From positions 57,337 through 121,336 of the forward strand of contig CAJIYK010000004.1 in the NCBI GenBank assembly GCA_905181685.1: DNA of 64,000 nucleotides, given 5' to 3'. The DNA comes from Methylophilales bacterium BACL14 MAG-120910-bin43 (GTDB lineage Bacteria > Pseudomonadota > Gammaproteobacteria > Burkholderiales > Methylophilaceae). Both the position numbers and the translations under genes were made by a program. Below are positions 10,731 through 19,338 of this stretch, piece after piece. Below the pieces are notes generated by a model, which was not told the DNA's origin, ran no database searches, and saw only the letters and a program-made list of their open reading frames with translations. How positions within the stretch are numbered: the first letter of the stretch is position 1; every line of letters begins with the position of its first letter.

Positions 10731-11209
10731 TATTTTATCCTAAATATTTATTCTGTAAGAGCTGATTTTACCGCAAAAGTTCTGCGAGTTGTTGATGGGA
10801 TACAATTCATGTTGTAAATAAAGCTGGTAAAAAGTTTAAGGTAAGATTGACTGGAATTGATGCTCCTGAGCAAAATCAACCGTATGGATTAGCATCAACA
10901 TATCATTTAAGAGAGCTATTATTAAATAAGTGGGTTTTGCTTAAATCAAAACCAAAGTAATGGAAATCCTTATTCCGTTGATCAGATATAATAGAGTTTT
11001 AGCTAAGATTATATTGGATGGAGGATGTAAACTTATCTCAAGTATCAAGTGGGTATGCCTGGCATTTTAAAAGATATCAAAAACAACAAAGTTCATCAGA
11101 TAGAGAGTCTTACAATGAAGCAGAGCTTAATGCAAAGAAAAATGAATTAGGTCTTTGGGGTGAAAAAAATCCAATAGCTCCTTGGAAATGGCGTAAAATA
11201 AAAAAATAA
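10693..11209 (+). CDS. Thermonuclease (SNase-like) family protein; several frameshifts
   Basis: Fragments read KVLRVVDG(D)TI, VRLTGIDAPEQNQPYG, DRYNRVLA, GYAWHFKRY, GLWGEKNPIAPWKWRK. Confidence 0.85.
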
Positions 11210-11230
11210 TTTTTATTAACTTTTTAGGAA

Positions 11231-11789
11231 ATGAGGTTCGTTTTGAAAAATAATTTATCAACTAATTTTATAACTCTTTTTTTATTTATTTTTTTTACTG
11301 GTCCAGTGTATTCTGCTTGTATGGATTTTTACAATCAAGATTTAAAGACTTTACAAGGTAAGAAGTTTAATTTATGCGAGTATCAAGACAAACCTATTTT
11401 ATTTGTGAATACAGCTAGTAAATGTGGTTTTACTTCCCAGTTCGAAGGCTTAGAGAAGTTATATAAAGAACATAGCAATGAAATGCTAGTGGTTGGTTTT
11501 CCTTCGAATGACTTCAATCAAGAATTTAAAACTGATAAAGAGATTCAGGATTTTTGCAAATTAACATACGCCGTTGATTTTCCAATGATGAGCAAATCAA
11601 GTGTTGTTGGTCCCAATGTGAATCCTGTGTATAAAAATTTAAAACAAATGACTGGCGAAGCGCCTATGTGGAATTTTTATAAATATATTGTGATGCCAAA
11701 TGCTGAATCAGCTTTTGTTTTTCCTAGCACTGTAGGACCCTGAATCTGCAGATATTATGGGGATACTTGAGCCTTACTTCGAAAATTAG
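11231..11789 (+). CDS. Glutathione peroxidase family protein with signal peptide; frameshift near 11740
   Basis: VNTASKCGFTSQ, GFPSNDFNQE, WNFYKY. Removing one C extends the frame to a stop at 11789. Confidence 0.92.
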
Positions 11790-12592
11790 TGTTTCATAAA
11801 TTGTATGATGATTGCGGAGAGCTCCTCAACTGATTTTGATGTTGAGTCGGCTGTGGGTATACCCACTTTTTTCATGAGATCCTCAGCCTGACCTATTTCA
11901 TGTCTGCAATTAGATAATGATGCGTAAGTGCTGTCTGGCCTCCTTTCACTTCTGAGTGAATGTAGCCTTTCAGATTTAATAGTAAGTCCAAAAATTTTAT
12001 CAAGATACCCTTCCAAGATAGGGGGTAATTTTCCTCTTTCAAAATCCTCAGGTATTAGAGGGTAGTTTGCAGCCTTGATACCAAACTGCATTGCAAGATA
12101 AATACTAGTTGGTGTTTTACCGCTTCGAGAGACACCTACAAGTATGACTTGTGCTTGATTTAATCCCGTATGTGTCATGCCATCATCATGGCCCAATGCA
12201 AAATTTATTGCCTCCATCCTTGAGCCGTATTGATTTGTTTTTATGCTATGAGAAACACCGGGCCTTGTTAACGCTGGCTCATTAAGCTCGACCCCTAAAG
12301 GGTGAATGAATGAATCAAACAGATCAATATAATATGCATCTACAGCTTTTAGTTCGTTTCTTAGGATTTCATTTCCGATAGACATAATGACGATAGGTCT
12401 TGATCCAGTCATCATTTTTATATTAGCAACTCTTTTTTGAGCATCTTCAACTTTTTCAATTGAGTCTGTAAAAGGAATCCTAATTTGATCAAACTCAGTT
12501 TCTGGGAAGTGTGCCAACAACCCCCCTAAAGATCCAGCCGTAATACCAGTTCCATCTGATATAAAAAAGGCTGTCCTTTTATTTTTTGCCAT
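11786..12592 (-). CDS. ppsR: PEP synthase regulatory protein (kinase/pyrophosphorylase)
   Basis: FFISDGTGITA, HDDG, LVGVSRSGKTPTSIYLA, AANYPL. Confidence 0.95.
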   Translation of the reverse strand: MAKNKRTAFFISDGTGITAGSLGGLLAHFPETEFDQIRIPFTDSIEKVEDAQKRVANIKMMTGSRPIVIMSIGNEILRNELKAVDAYYIDLFDSFIHPLGVELNEPALTRPGVSHSIKTNQYGSRMEAINFALGHDDGMTHTGLNQAQVILVGVSRSGKTPTSIYLAMQFGIKAANYPLIPEDFERGKLPPILEGYLDKIFGLTIKSERLHSLRSERRPDSTYASLSNCRHEIGQAEDLMKKVGIPTADSTSKSVEELSAIIIQFMKH

Positions 12593-14956
12593 TTATTTTT
12601 TGCTTAAACTTTTCCATGTGCTTATTACTGTATCAGGATTTAATGACATTGAATCCATTTTTTGTTCCAGTAGCCACTTAGCAAAATCAGGGTGATCAGA
12701 TGGGCCTTGTCCACAAATACCTACGTAACTTTTACTTGCTTTTGCTCCCTCTATCGCCAATTCAATGAGTTTCATAACAGCAGGATCTCTCTCATCAAAA
12801 CCATCGGCTAAAATGCCTGAGTCTCTATCAGTACCTAAGGTAAGTTGAGTTAAATCATTAGAACCAATAGAGAATCCATCAAAATATTTTAGAAATTCTT
12901 TGGCTAAAATGGCATTTGAGGGGACTTCACACATCATGATTAACCTTAACCCGTTCTCTCCTCGCTTAAGGCCATTCTGTTCAAGAACACCGATAACTGC
13001 TTCGGCCTCTTTGAGGGTCCTTACAAAGGGGATCATGAGTTCGATATTAGTTAGGCCCATCTCATTCCTTGCTTTTAGCATAGCCTGGCATTCGAGTTTA
13101 AAACAATCTTTAAATTGATCAGATATGTATCTTGCTGCCCCTCTGAAGCCAATCATTGGATTTTCTTCATCAGGCTCGTAAATATCTCCAGCAACTAATT
13201 TTTTATATTCATTTGACTTGAAATCTGACATCCTTACGATCACGGGCTTAGGATAAAAGGCAGATGCAATTGTAGCCACACCCTCAGTCACTTTATTCAC
13301 ATAAAATTCTTTTGGTGATGAATACCCCTTAGACTTATAGTTAATAGTCTTTTGAATATCCTCTGGCATAGCCTCATAATTTAATATCGCTTTGGGGTGA
13401 ATTCCAATCATGTTGTTAATAACAAATTCCAGCCTTGCGAGTCCAACTCCGTCATTAGGGATTTGTGCAAATGTAAAAGCCATATCTGGATTACCAACAT
13501 TCATCATGAGCTTTATAGGTAATTTTGGTAAATCGCCATCCTCTTGAACCTTAATTTCATAATCTAACTTCCCTTGATAGACAATCCCTGTTTCTCCTTC
13601 AGAACATGAAACTGTCACTGTATCTTGTTCCGTAAGAAGCTCTGTTGCATTTACGCTACCAACAATTGCAGGAATTCCAAGCTCTCTGGCAATAATAGCG
13701 GCATGGCACGTTCGGCCACCACGGTTTGTGACCAAAGCTGAGGCTCTTTTCATCACTGGCTCCCAATTAGGGTCAGTCATATCGGCTACCAGAACATCAC
13801 CTGGCTGAACGGTATGCATTTCTGATGGGTCTTTTACTATTCTGACAGGGCCTATTCCAATTTTTTGTGTCACCGCTCTACCTGCAACAAGCGCTTTGCT
13901 TGATTCTTTCAGTTTGTATGTTTCAGTGGTATTTTGATGCTGAGATTTTACAGTCTCAGGCCTCGCTTGGAGTATATATAACTTACCATCTAGTCCATTC
14001 TTGCCCCATTCTATATCCATTGGACAGCCATAATGAGATTCAATTATCATTGCGTAATTAGCTAATTCAGATACATCATCATCATTGACACTAAATTGAT
14101 CTGCTAGAGTTTCTTCAACATCAACAGTACTTGTGCTAAGTCCGGCTTTGGTGTCCTCACTAAATACCATTTTAATCTTCTTTGACCCAATAGACTTTCT
14201 TACAATAGCGTTCTTACCTAATTTTAAAAGTGCCTTATGCACATAAAATTCATCTGGATTAACTGATCCTTGAACAACTGTTTCCCCTAAGCCATAAGAT
14301 GAAGTGATGAAAATAACATCTTTAAAACCAGATTCTGTGTCAATGGTAAACATGACGCCAGATGAGCCCATATCACTTCTGACCATCTGTTGAACACCAG
14401 CAGAGATTGCCACATCTGAATGAATAAAGTTCTTATGTACCCTATACGAAATTGCACGATCATTATAAAGGGAGGCAAATACCTCTTTAATTGCTTGCCT
14501 AATATTTTCTAATCCATGGATATTTAGAAAGCTTTCTTGCTGGCCAGCAAAAGACGCATCTGGTAAATCCTCGGCAGTCGCTGAAGAGCGTACCGCAAAT
14601 GTTGTGCCTTTCGGTGATCTTTTAATTAAGCTTTCATAATGATTTTTAATACTATCCTCAAAATCACTTGAAAAGGGCGTATCAAGAATCCATTTCCTAA
14701 TTTTTTTACCACTTTGCGAAAGCTTCACGACGTCATTAATGTCTAGATCTTCAAGCTCTTGTTCAATTCTCTTTCCCAACTGGTCTTGAGTCAAGAATTC
14801 ATTGAAAGCATCTGCGGAAGTGGCAAACCCAGTTGGAACCCTTACACCTTTTGCCTTTAGTTGAGAAATCATTTCACCGAGCGAGGCATTTTTGCCACCT
14901 ACAATGGCAACATCTTTATTTCTCAGCTCTTCGAAGGAAATTACACTCTGTGTCAT
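12593..14956 (-). CDS. ppsA: Phosphoenolpyruvate synthase
   Basis: VGGKNASLGEM, VRSSATAEDLPDASFAGQQ, GGRTCHAAIIARELG, FSIGSNDLTQL, ICGQGPSD. Confidence 0.98.
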   Translation of the reverse strand: MTQSVISFEELRNKDVAIVGGKNASLGEMISQLKAKGVRVPTGFATSADAFNEFLTQDQLGKRIEQELEDLDINDVVKLSQSGKKIRKWILDTPFSSDFEDSIKNHYESLIKRSPKGTTFAVRSSATAEDLPDASFAGQQESFLNIHGLENIRQAIKEVFASLYNDRAISYRVHKNFIHSDVAISAGVQQMVRSDMGSSGVMFTIDTESGFKDVIFITSSYGLGETVVQGSVNPDEFYVHKALLKLGKNAIVRKSIGSKKIKMVFSEDTKAGLSTSTVDVEETLADQFSVNDDDVSELANYAMIIESHYGCPMDIEWGKNGLDGKLYILQARPETVKSQHQNTTETYKLKESSKALVAGRAVTQKIGIGPVRIVKDPSEMHTVQPGDVLVADMTDPNWEPVMKRASALVTNRGGRTCHAAIIARELGIPAIVGSVNATELLTEQDTVTVSCSEGETGIVYQGKLDYEIKVQEDGDLPKLPIKLMMNVGNPDMAFTFAQIPNDGVGLARLEFVINNMIGIHPKAILNYEAMPEDIQKTINYKSKGYSSPKEFYVNKVTEGVATIASAFYPKPVIVRMSDFKSNEYKKLVAGDIYEPDEENPMIGFRGAARYISDQFKDCFKLECQAMLKARNEMGLTNIELMIPFVRTLKEAEAVIGVLEQNGLKRGENGLRLIMMCEVPSNAILAKEFLKYFDGFSIGSNDLTQLTLGTDRDSGILADGFDERDPAVMKLIELAIEGAKASKSYVGICGQGPSDHPDFAKWLLEQKMDSMSLNPDTVISTWKSLSKK

Positions 14957-15150
14957 GGGATACCTTTTGGATAGTTATTATTGAATTACTTGTTATGTTA
15001 ATTAATAGTAAATATATAAAGAACGTAATTCTGCCATATTATATGATTGCTTGTCGACTTAAACGTATTGTTAGGTTAAATATAAAAATAAATTGATAAT
15101 GACTTATCTAAATGGCATCGAAGAAAAAATTGTTGTTATTTGTTAATTTT

Positions 15151-15159
15151 TGTTAAAAT
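15151..15159 (+). promoter_or_regulatory. Extended -10 promoter for tal
   Basis: TGTTAAAAT (TGn plus TAAAAT), about 80 nt upstream of the tal start. Confidence 0.45.
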
Positions 15160-15238
15160 GTCCAGCCCAAGTCATTCAGTTTAAAACTAAACTATGACTT
15201 TATTAAATATACTAATTTAAAAAAAAACGGAGAAATCA

Positions 15239-16189
15239 ATGGCTTCATTACTTGAACAACTTAAAACAATGACAACAATTGTTGCGGATACAGGAGAGGT
15301 GGACGCAATTAAGTCTTTAAAACCTGTCGATGCTACAACCAACCCGTCTTTACTATTGAAGGCGAGCAAATTGCCGCAATGTGAGCCTATGATTGAGGAA
15401 GCTATCGCCTATGCAAAGGGTAAAGGCTCTGATAAAGCAGAACAAATTGAAGATGCTGCAGACAAGCTTGCCGTTCTTGTTGGCTTAGAAATTTCAAAAC
15501 ATATTCCGGGAAGAATCTCTACAGAGGTTGATGCAAGCCTATCTTTTAATGTTGACAAGATGGTAGCTAAAGGTAGAAAAATTATTTCATTGTATGAAGA
15601 AGCTGGATTAACAAAGGATAGAGTTTTAGTTAAGTTAGCTTCTACGTGGGAAGGAATTAAAGCAGGTGAGATTTTAGAAAAAGAAGGAATTAACTGTAAC
15701 CTAACTTTATTATTTAGTTTTGCTCAAGCGAGAGCTTGTGCTGAGGCCGGCGTATTTTTAATATCTCCGTTTGTTGGAAGAATTTTAGATTGGTACAAAG
15801 CAAGCACAGGTGAGGAATATACTTCTGAAACTGATCCAGGTGTTGTTTCAGTTCGAAAAATTTATAGTTGGTACAAAGAACACGGATTTAAAACAGTCGT
15901 TATGGGCGCATCATTTAGAAATATCGGTGAAATTACAGCTTTGTCTGGCTGTGATCGACTAACGATAGGTCCTGCGCTTATTGAAGAGTTAGCAGCGACA
16001 GAAGGGGATCTCCCTCAACACCTAAAAGACAATGGCTCTTCTAAAGAGAAGCCTTCTAAGCTGGAAGAAGACCAATTTAGATTCGATCATAATGAAGATG
16101 CAATGGCAACAGAGAAACTTTCTGAAGGCATTAGAAACTTTGTGATTGATCAAAATAAACTAGAGGATGCTTTGAGTCAAAAACTTTAA
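15239..16189 (+). CDS. tal: Transaldolase
   Basis: [51 protein letters not shown]. Confidence 0.98.
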   Translation: MASLLEQLKTMTTIVADTGEVDAIKSLKPVDATTNPSLLLKASKLPQCEPMIEEAIAYAKGKGSDKAEQIEDAADKLAVLVGLEISKHIPGRISTEVDASLSFNVDKMVAKGRKIISLYEEAGLTKDRVLVKLASTWEGIKAGEILEKEGINCNLTLLFSFAQARACAEAGVFLISPFVGRILDWYKASTGEEYTSETDPGVVSVRKIYSWYKEHGFKTVVMGASFRNIGEITALSGCDRLTIGPALIEELAATEGDLPQHLKDNGSSKEKPSKLEEDQFRFDHNEDAMATEKLSEGIRNFVIDQNKLEDALSQKL

Positions 16190-16207
16190 GTGATAGAACT
16201 TCATTGA

Positions 16208-16236
16208 TTGACAATATTTCACTGAAGTTATATTAT
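16208..16236 (+). promoter_or_regulatory. Near-consensus sigma70 promoter for hxlA
   Basis: TTGACA-N17-TATTAT. Confidence 0.8.
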
Positions 16237-16332
16237 CCTCGGTCTACTCGATCTAAATGAGAAAAAAGTTTTACGAGTTTTTAGCGTAGATGTTTATTAA
16301 TTAAATTAATTTTAAATATGGGAGATTAAACC

Positions 16333-16962
16333 ATGGCATTAACACAAATGGCACTAGATTCATTAGATTTTGACGCAACAGTAGCACTAGCAGAAACAGT
16401 TGCTCCTCACGTTGATATTTTAGAAATTGGTACACCTTGTATCAAACATAACGGTATTAAATTGCTTGAAACACTAAAAGCAAAATTTCCAAACAACCTT
16501 ATCCTTGTTGACTTAAAAACAATGGACGCTGGTGAATATGAATCAGAGCCTTTCTACAAAGCAGGCGCTGATATTTGTACAGTTCTAGGTGCTTCAGGTA
16601 TTGCTACAATTAAAGGCGTTATCGCTGCAGCTAAGAAATACGGTAAAGAATGTCAGGTTGATATGATTAACGTTGATGATAAAGAATCATTAGCAAAAGA
16701 AGCTGTTGCTGCTGGTGCAGATATTATCGGTGTTCACACTGGTCTTGATGCTCAAGCTGCTGGCCATACACCTTTTGCTGATCTTGCTGCAATTGCTGCA
16801 CTAAACACTGGTGCTAAAATTTCAGTTGCTGGTGGTGTTAAAGCTGCTACAGCACAAGAAGTTAAAGATGCAGGTGCTGCAATTATTGTTGCTGGTGCTG
16901 CTATCTATGGCGCTGCTGATCCTGCTGCAGCTGCTTCAGAAATTACAGCTATTGCTCACTAA
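16333..16962 (+). CDS. hxlA: 3-hexulose-6-phosphate synthase (RuMP formaldehyde fixation)
   Basis: QMALD, LEIGTP, LVDLKTMDAG, GVHTGLDAQA, VAGG. Strongly biased codons (GCT/GGT). Confidence 0.96.
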   Translation: MALTQMALDSLDFDATVALAETVAPHVDILEIGTPCIKHNGIKLLETLKAKFPNNLILVDLKTMDAGEYESEPFYKAGADICTVLGASGIATIKGVIAAAKKYGKECQVDMINVDDKESLAKEAVAAGADIIGVHTGLDAQAAGHTPFADLAAIAALNTGAKISVAGGVKAATAQEVKDAGAAIIVAGAAIYGAADPAAAASEITAIAH

Positions 16963-16986
16963 TTAGTAACAATAGAATGTAAATCT

Positions 16987-17018
16987 AAAAACCCGGCTTA
17001 AGTGCCGGGTTTTTTTTT
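16987..17018 (+). terminator. Intrinsic terminator after hxlA
   Basis: AAAAACCCGGC-TTAAGT-GCCGGG followed by T9. Confidence 0.9.
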
Positions 17019-17061
17019 GGTATTATATAAATATAAATAATGATGAGGAGTAAATGTTGAT

Positions 17062-17599
17062 ATGGATACACAAAAATTAATTGTAGATAAAATTACAGAA
17101 GTTTTAGATTCTACAGATAAAAATCAATCTGCTGAACTAAAAAAGCTAATTGACCAATGCAGGCATATTTTTGTTGCAGGTGCCGGACGATCAAAACTGG
17201 TATCGAGTTTTTTGGCTATGAGGCTAGTTCATTGTGGATATAACGTAAGTATGGTTGGAGAAATTGTAACACCAGCTCTGAAGGAAGGAGATTTATATAT
17301 CGTAATTTCTGGGTCTGGTGGAACTAAAACACTTACTTCCTACCCTCGAAACTGCAAAATCTAAGGGGGCGAAAATTGCTGTTGTGTCTATGAAAGCTTC
17401 CTCTGCGATGGCAGATTTAGCTGATTTAACTTTAAGAATGGGCAATGATGAAGTATTTGCCCTAACAAAAGGCCTACCAATGGGCACCTCATTTGAACTT
17501 TCAACGCTGGTATACCTTGAAGCTATTATTGGTGAGATTGTTTTTGATAAAGATCTTACTGAAGAGGGAATGAGAGCCATTCATGCTAACCTTGAATAG
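17062..17599 (+). CDS. hxlB: 6-phospho-3-hexuloisomerase; frameshift near 17335
   Basis: SIS motifs IFVAGAGRS, AMRLVH, ISGSGGT, PMGTSFE, HANLE. Follows hxlA. Confidence 0.93.
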
Positions 17600-17620
17600 T
17601 TGTTTATTTCAGACTTTATT

Positions 17621-17649
17621 AAAAAAAGACACTACGGTGTCTTTTTTTT
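17621..17649 (+). terminator. Intrinsic terminator after hxlB
   Basis: AAAAAAAGACAC-TACG-GTGTC followed by T8. Confidence 0.85.
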
Positions 17650-17687
17650 CTTATACATAAAATGATTTTTGTTGGATAATAATTTTT

Positions 17688-19055
17688 ATGAACATCAAAA
17701 AAATTCCTTACAATCTAGATACAACTGCTTATTACGAACAAATTAGACATCTAGACTGGCCAGTTTTTTTTGATAGTTGCTTCCAAGCAGACAGGGAAAA
17801 AAGCCCATACGCTCGTTATGACATAATTTCAGCGGACCCCTTCGTAAAAATTAGTTCAGATTCTAGTCATATTAATATTCAAGAAAAAAATAAGAGTTAT
17901 ACCTCAGAGAAAGATGGCTTAAAGATAGTTGAAGAATATATCAATCAATTCGCAACACCACATTCAGAAATACCATTTATTGGTGGCGCAATAGGTTATT
18001 GCTCCTATGAGTTGAAGACAGAGGCGAAAAATAATTCTATGTTACCTAAATTCGCAATGGGAATTTATGATTGGGGGTTAGTTATTGATCACTTTCTTCA
18101 AGAGGCATATTTAGTGACAACAAACGCTGATAAAGATACAAGTAAAAATTGGCCTAATTATATTGAATTATTTAGTTCGTTAAAAACGAATAATAAAAAT
18201 GACTTTAAAGTAACAAGTATTGTTGATGACAATTTATCTTTTGAAGCTTATCGTAAAAAATTTGACTCTGTGATGGAGTTTTTAAAAGAGGGCGATTGCT
18301 ATCAAATCAACTTATCTAAACAATATAAAGCAAAAGTTGATGGGGATAGTTGGCAATTTTATAAGGTTTTCAGAAATTTAAATAAATCAAGATATATGGC
18401 TTTTTTAGATTTTAAGGACTTTGAGATCTTATCGGGCTCACCAGAGAGATTTATTCAGGTCAGAGATGATGATGTTGTCACTAGACCAATAAAGGGCACA
18501 AAAGGAAGAGATAAAGATCCTCACCAAGATAAAAAAAATGCTGAAGCACTGAAGAAATCAATTAAAGATCAATCAGAAAATTTAATGATAGTTGATCTTT
18601 TAAGGAATGATCTAAGTAAAGATTGCGATATTGGTTCAATTAAGGTGAAGGAATTGTTTGAATTAGAATCCTATCCAAATGTCCATCATTTGGTAAGTAC
18701 TATTTCGGGTAAGCTTAAAGCTGAGTCGAGTATGATTAAACTTTTTTCAAGTTCTTTTCCAGGCGGCTCAATTACAGGGGCACCAAAAATAAGAGCGATG
18801 GAAATTATAGATGAACTCGAAGAGCACAACAGAGAGCTTTATTGTGGCTCTGTGGTTTATTTTAGCTTTAATCGATCTATGGACAGTAATATAGCAATTA
18901 GGAGCTTATTTCGCAAAGAAGATGAATTATATTTTTATTCTGGTGGCGCACTCACAATTGCATCAAATGATCATGATGAATATCAAGAAATTGAAGATAA
19001 GGTCAAGAATATAAAAAAAACCATTAATTTTTTTAGAGGGGAACAAGATGATTGA
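17688..19055 (+). CDS. pabB: Aminodeoxychorismate synthase component I
   Basis: GDCYQINL, SPERF, TRPIKGT, ENLMIVDLLRND, FPGGSITGAPK. Confidence 0.92.
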   Translation: MNIKKIPYNLDTTAYYEQIRHLDWPVFFDSCFQADREKSPYARYDIISADPFVKISSDSSHINIQEKNKSYTSEKDGLKIVEEYINQFATPHSEIPFIGGAIGYCSYELKTEAKNNSMLPKFAMGIYDWGLVIDHFLQEAYLVTTNADKDTSKNWPNYIELFSSLKTNNKNDFKVTSIVDDNLSFEAYRKKFDSVMEFLKEGDCYQINLSKQYKAKVDGDSWQFYKVFRNLNKSRYMAFLDFKDFEILSGSPERFIQVRDDDVVTRPIKGTKGRDKDPHQDKKNAEALKKSIKDQSENLMIVDLLRNDLSKDCDIGSIKVKELFELESYPNVHHLVSTISGKLKAESSMIKLFSSSFPGGSITGAPKIRAMEIIDELEEHNRELYCGSVVYFSFNRSMDSNIAIRSLFRKEDELYFYSGGALTIASNDHDEYQEIEDKVKNIKKTINFFRGEQDD

Positions 19056-19338
19056 AATTTCAGGTGAGATAGAAAAAAAATTCAAAGAGGAGCTCTTAAA
19101 TTGGACATTGTCAGATGATGGAATTCATCGCTGGATATCAAGGGATGTTTCGACCGACTTAGGGAGAGTGGTTAACGATATATGGAGTCTTGCGGAAGAT
19201 GCCAACCATCATCCAGATATGGAGATTGGGTACAAAGGCATTTCAGTTAAGCTCATAACACATGATAAAAATGCAATTACAGATAAAGATATTGATCTGG
19301 CCAATAAGATTGAAAACTTAATTCTATCTCTGAATTAA
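19048..19338 (+). CDS. Pterin-4-alpha-carbinolamine dehydratase
   Basis: AEDANHHPD and LITHD...ITDKDIDLA motifs. Confidence 0.88.
   Translation: MIEISGEIEKKFKEELLNWTLSDDGIHRWISRDVSTDLGRVVNDIWSLAEDANHHPDMEIGYKGISVKLITHDKNAITDKDIDLANKIENLILSLN

Noticed and set aside
11735-11789. In-frame TGA in glutathione peroxidase as selenocysteine
   Set aside because: The catalytic residue is a TGT Cys far upstream. The TGA follows a CCC run, and a one-base correction restores a normal C-terminus.
14957-15238. HexR-like operator or riboswitch in the ppsA-tal spacer
   Set aside because: No convincing palindrome or recognisable aptamer core by eye.
17318-17364. Programmed frameshifting in hxlB, queG, phrB, rne, ppiD and others
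   Set aside because: No consistent slippery site or stimulatory structure. Indels are scattered across many unrelated conserved genes, as expected for read error.
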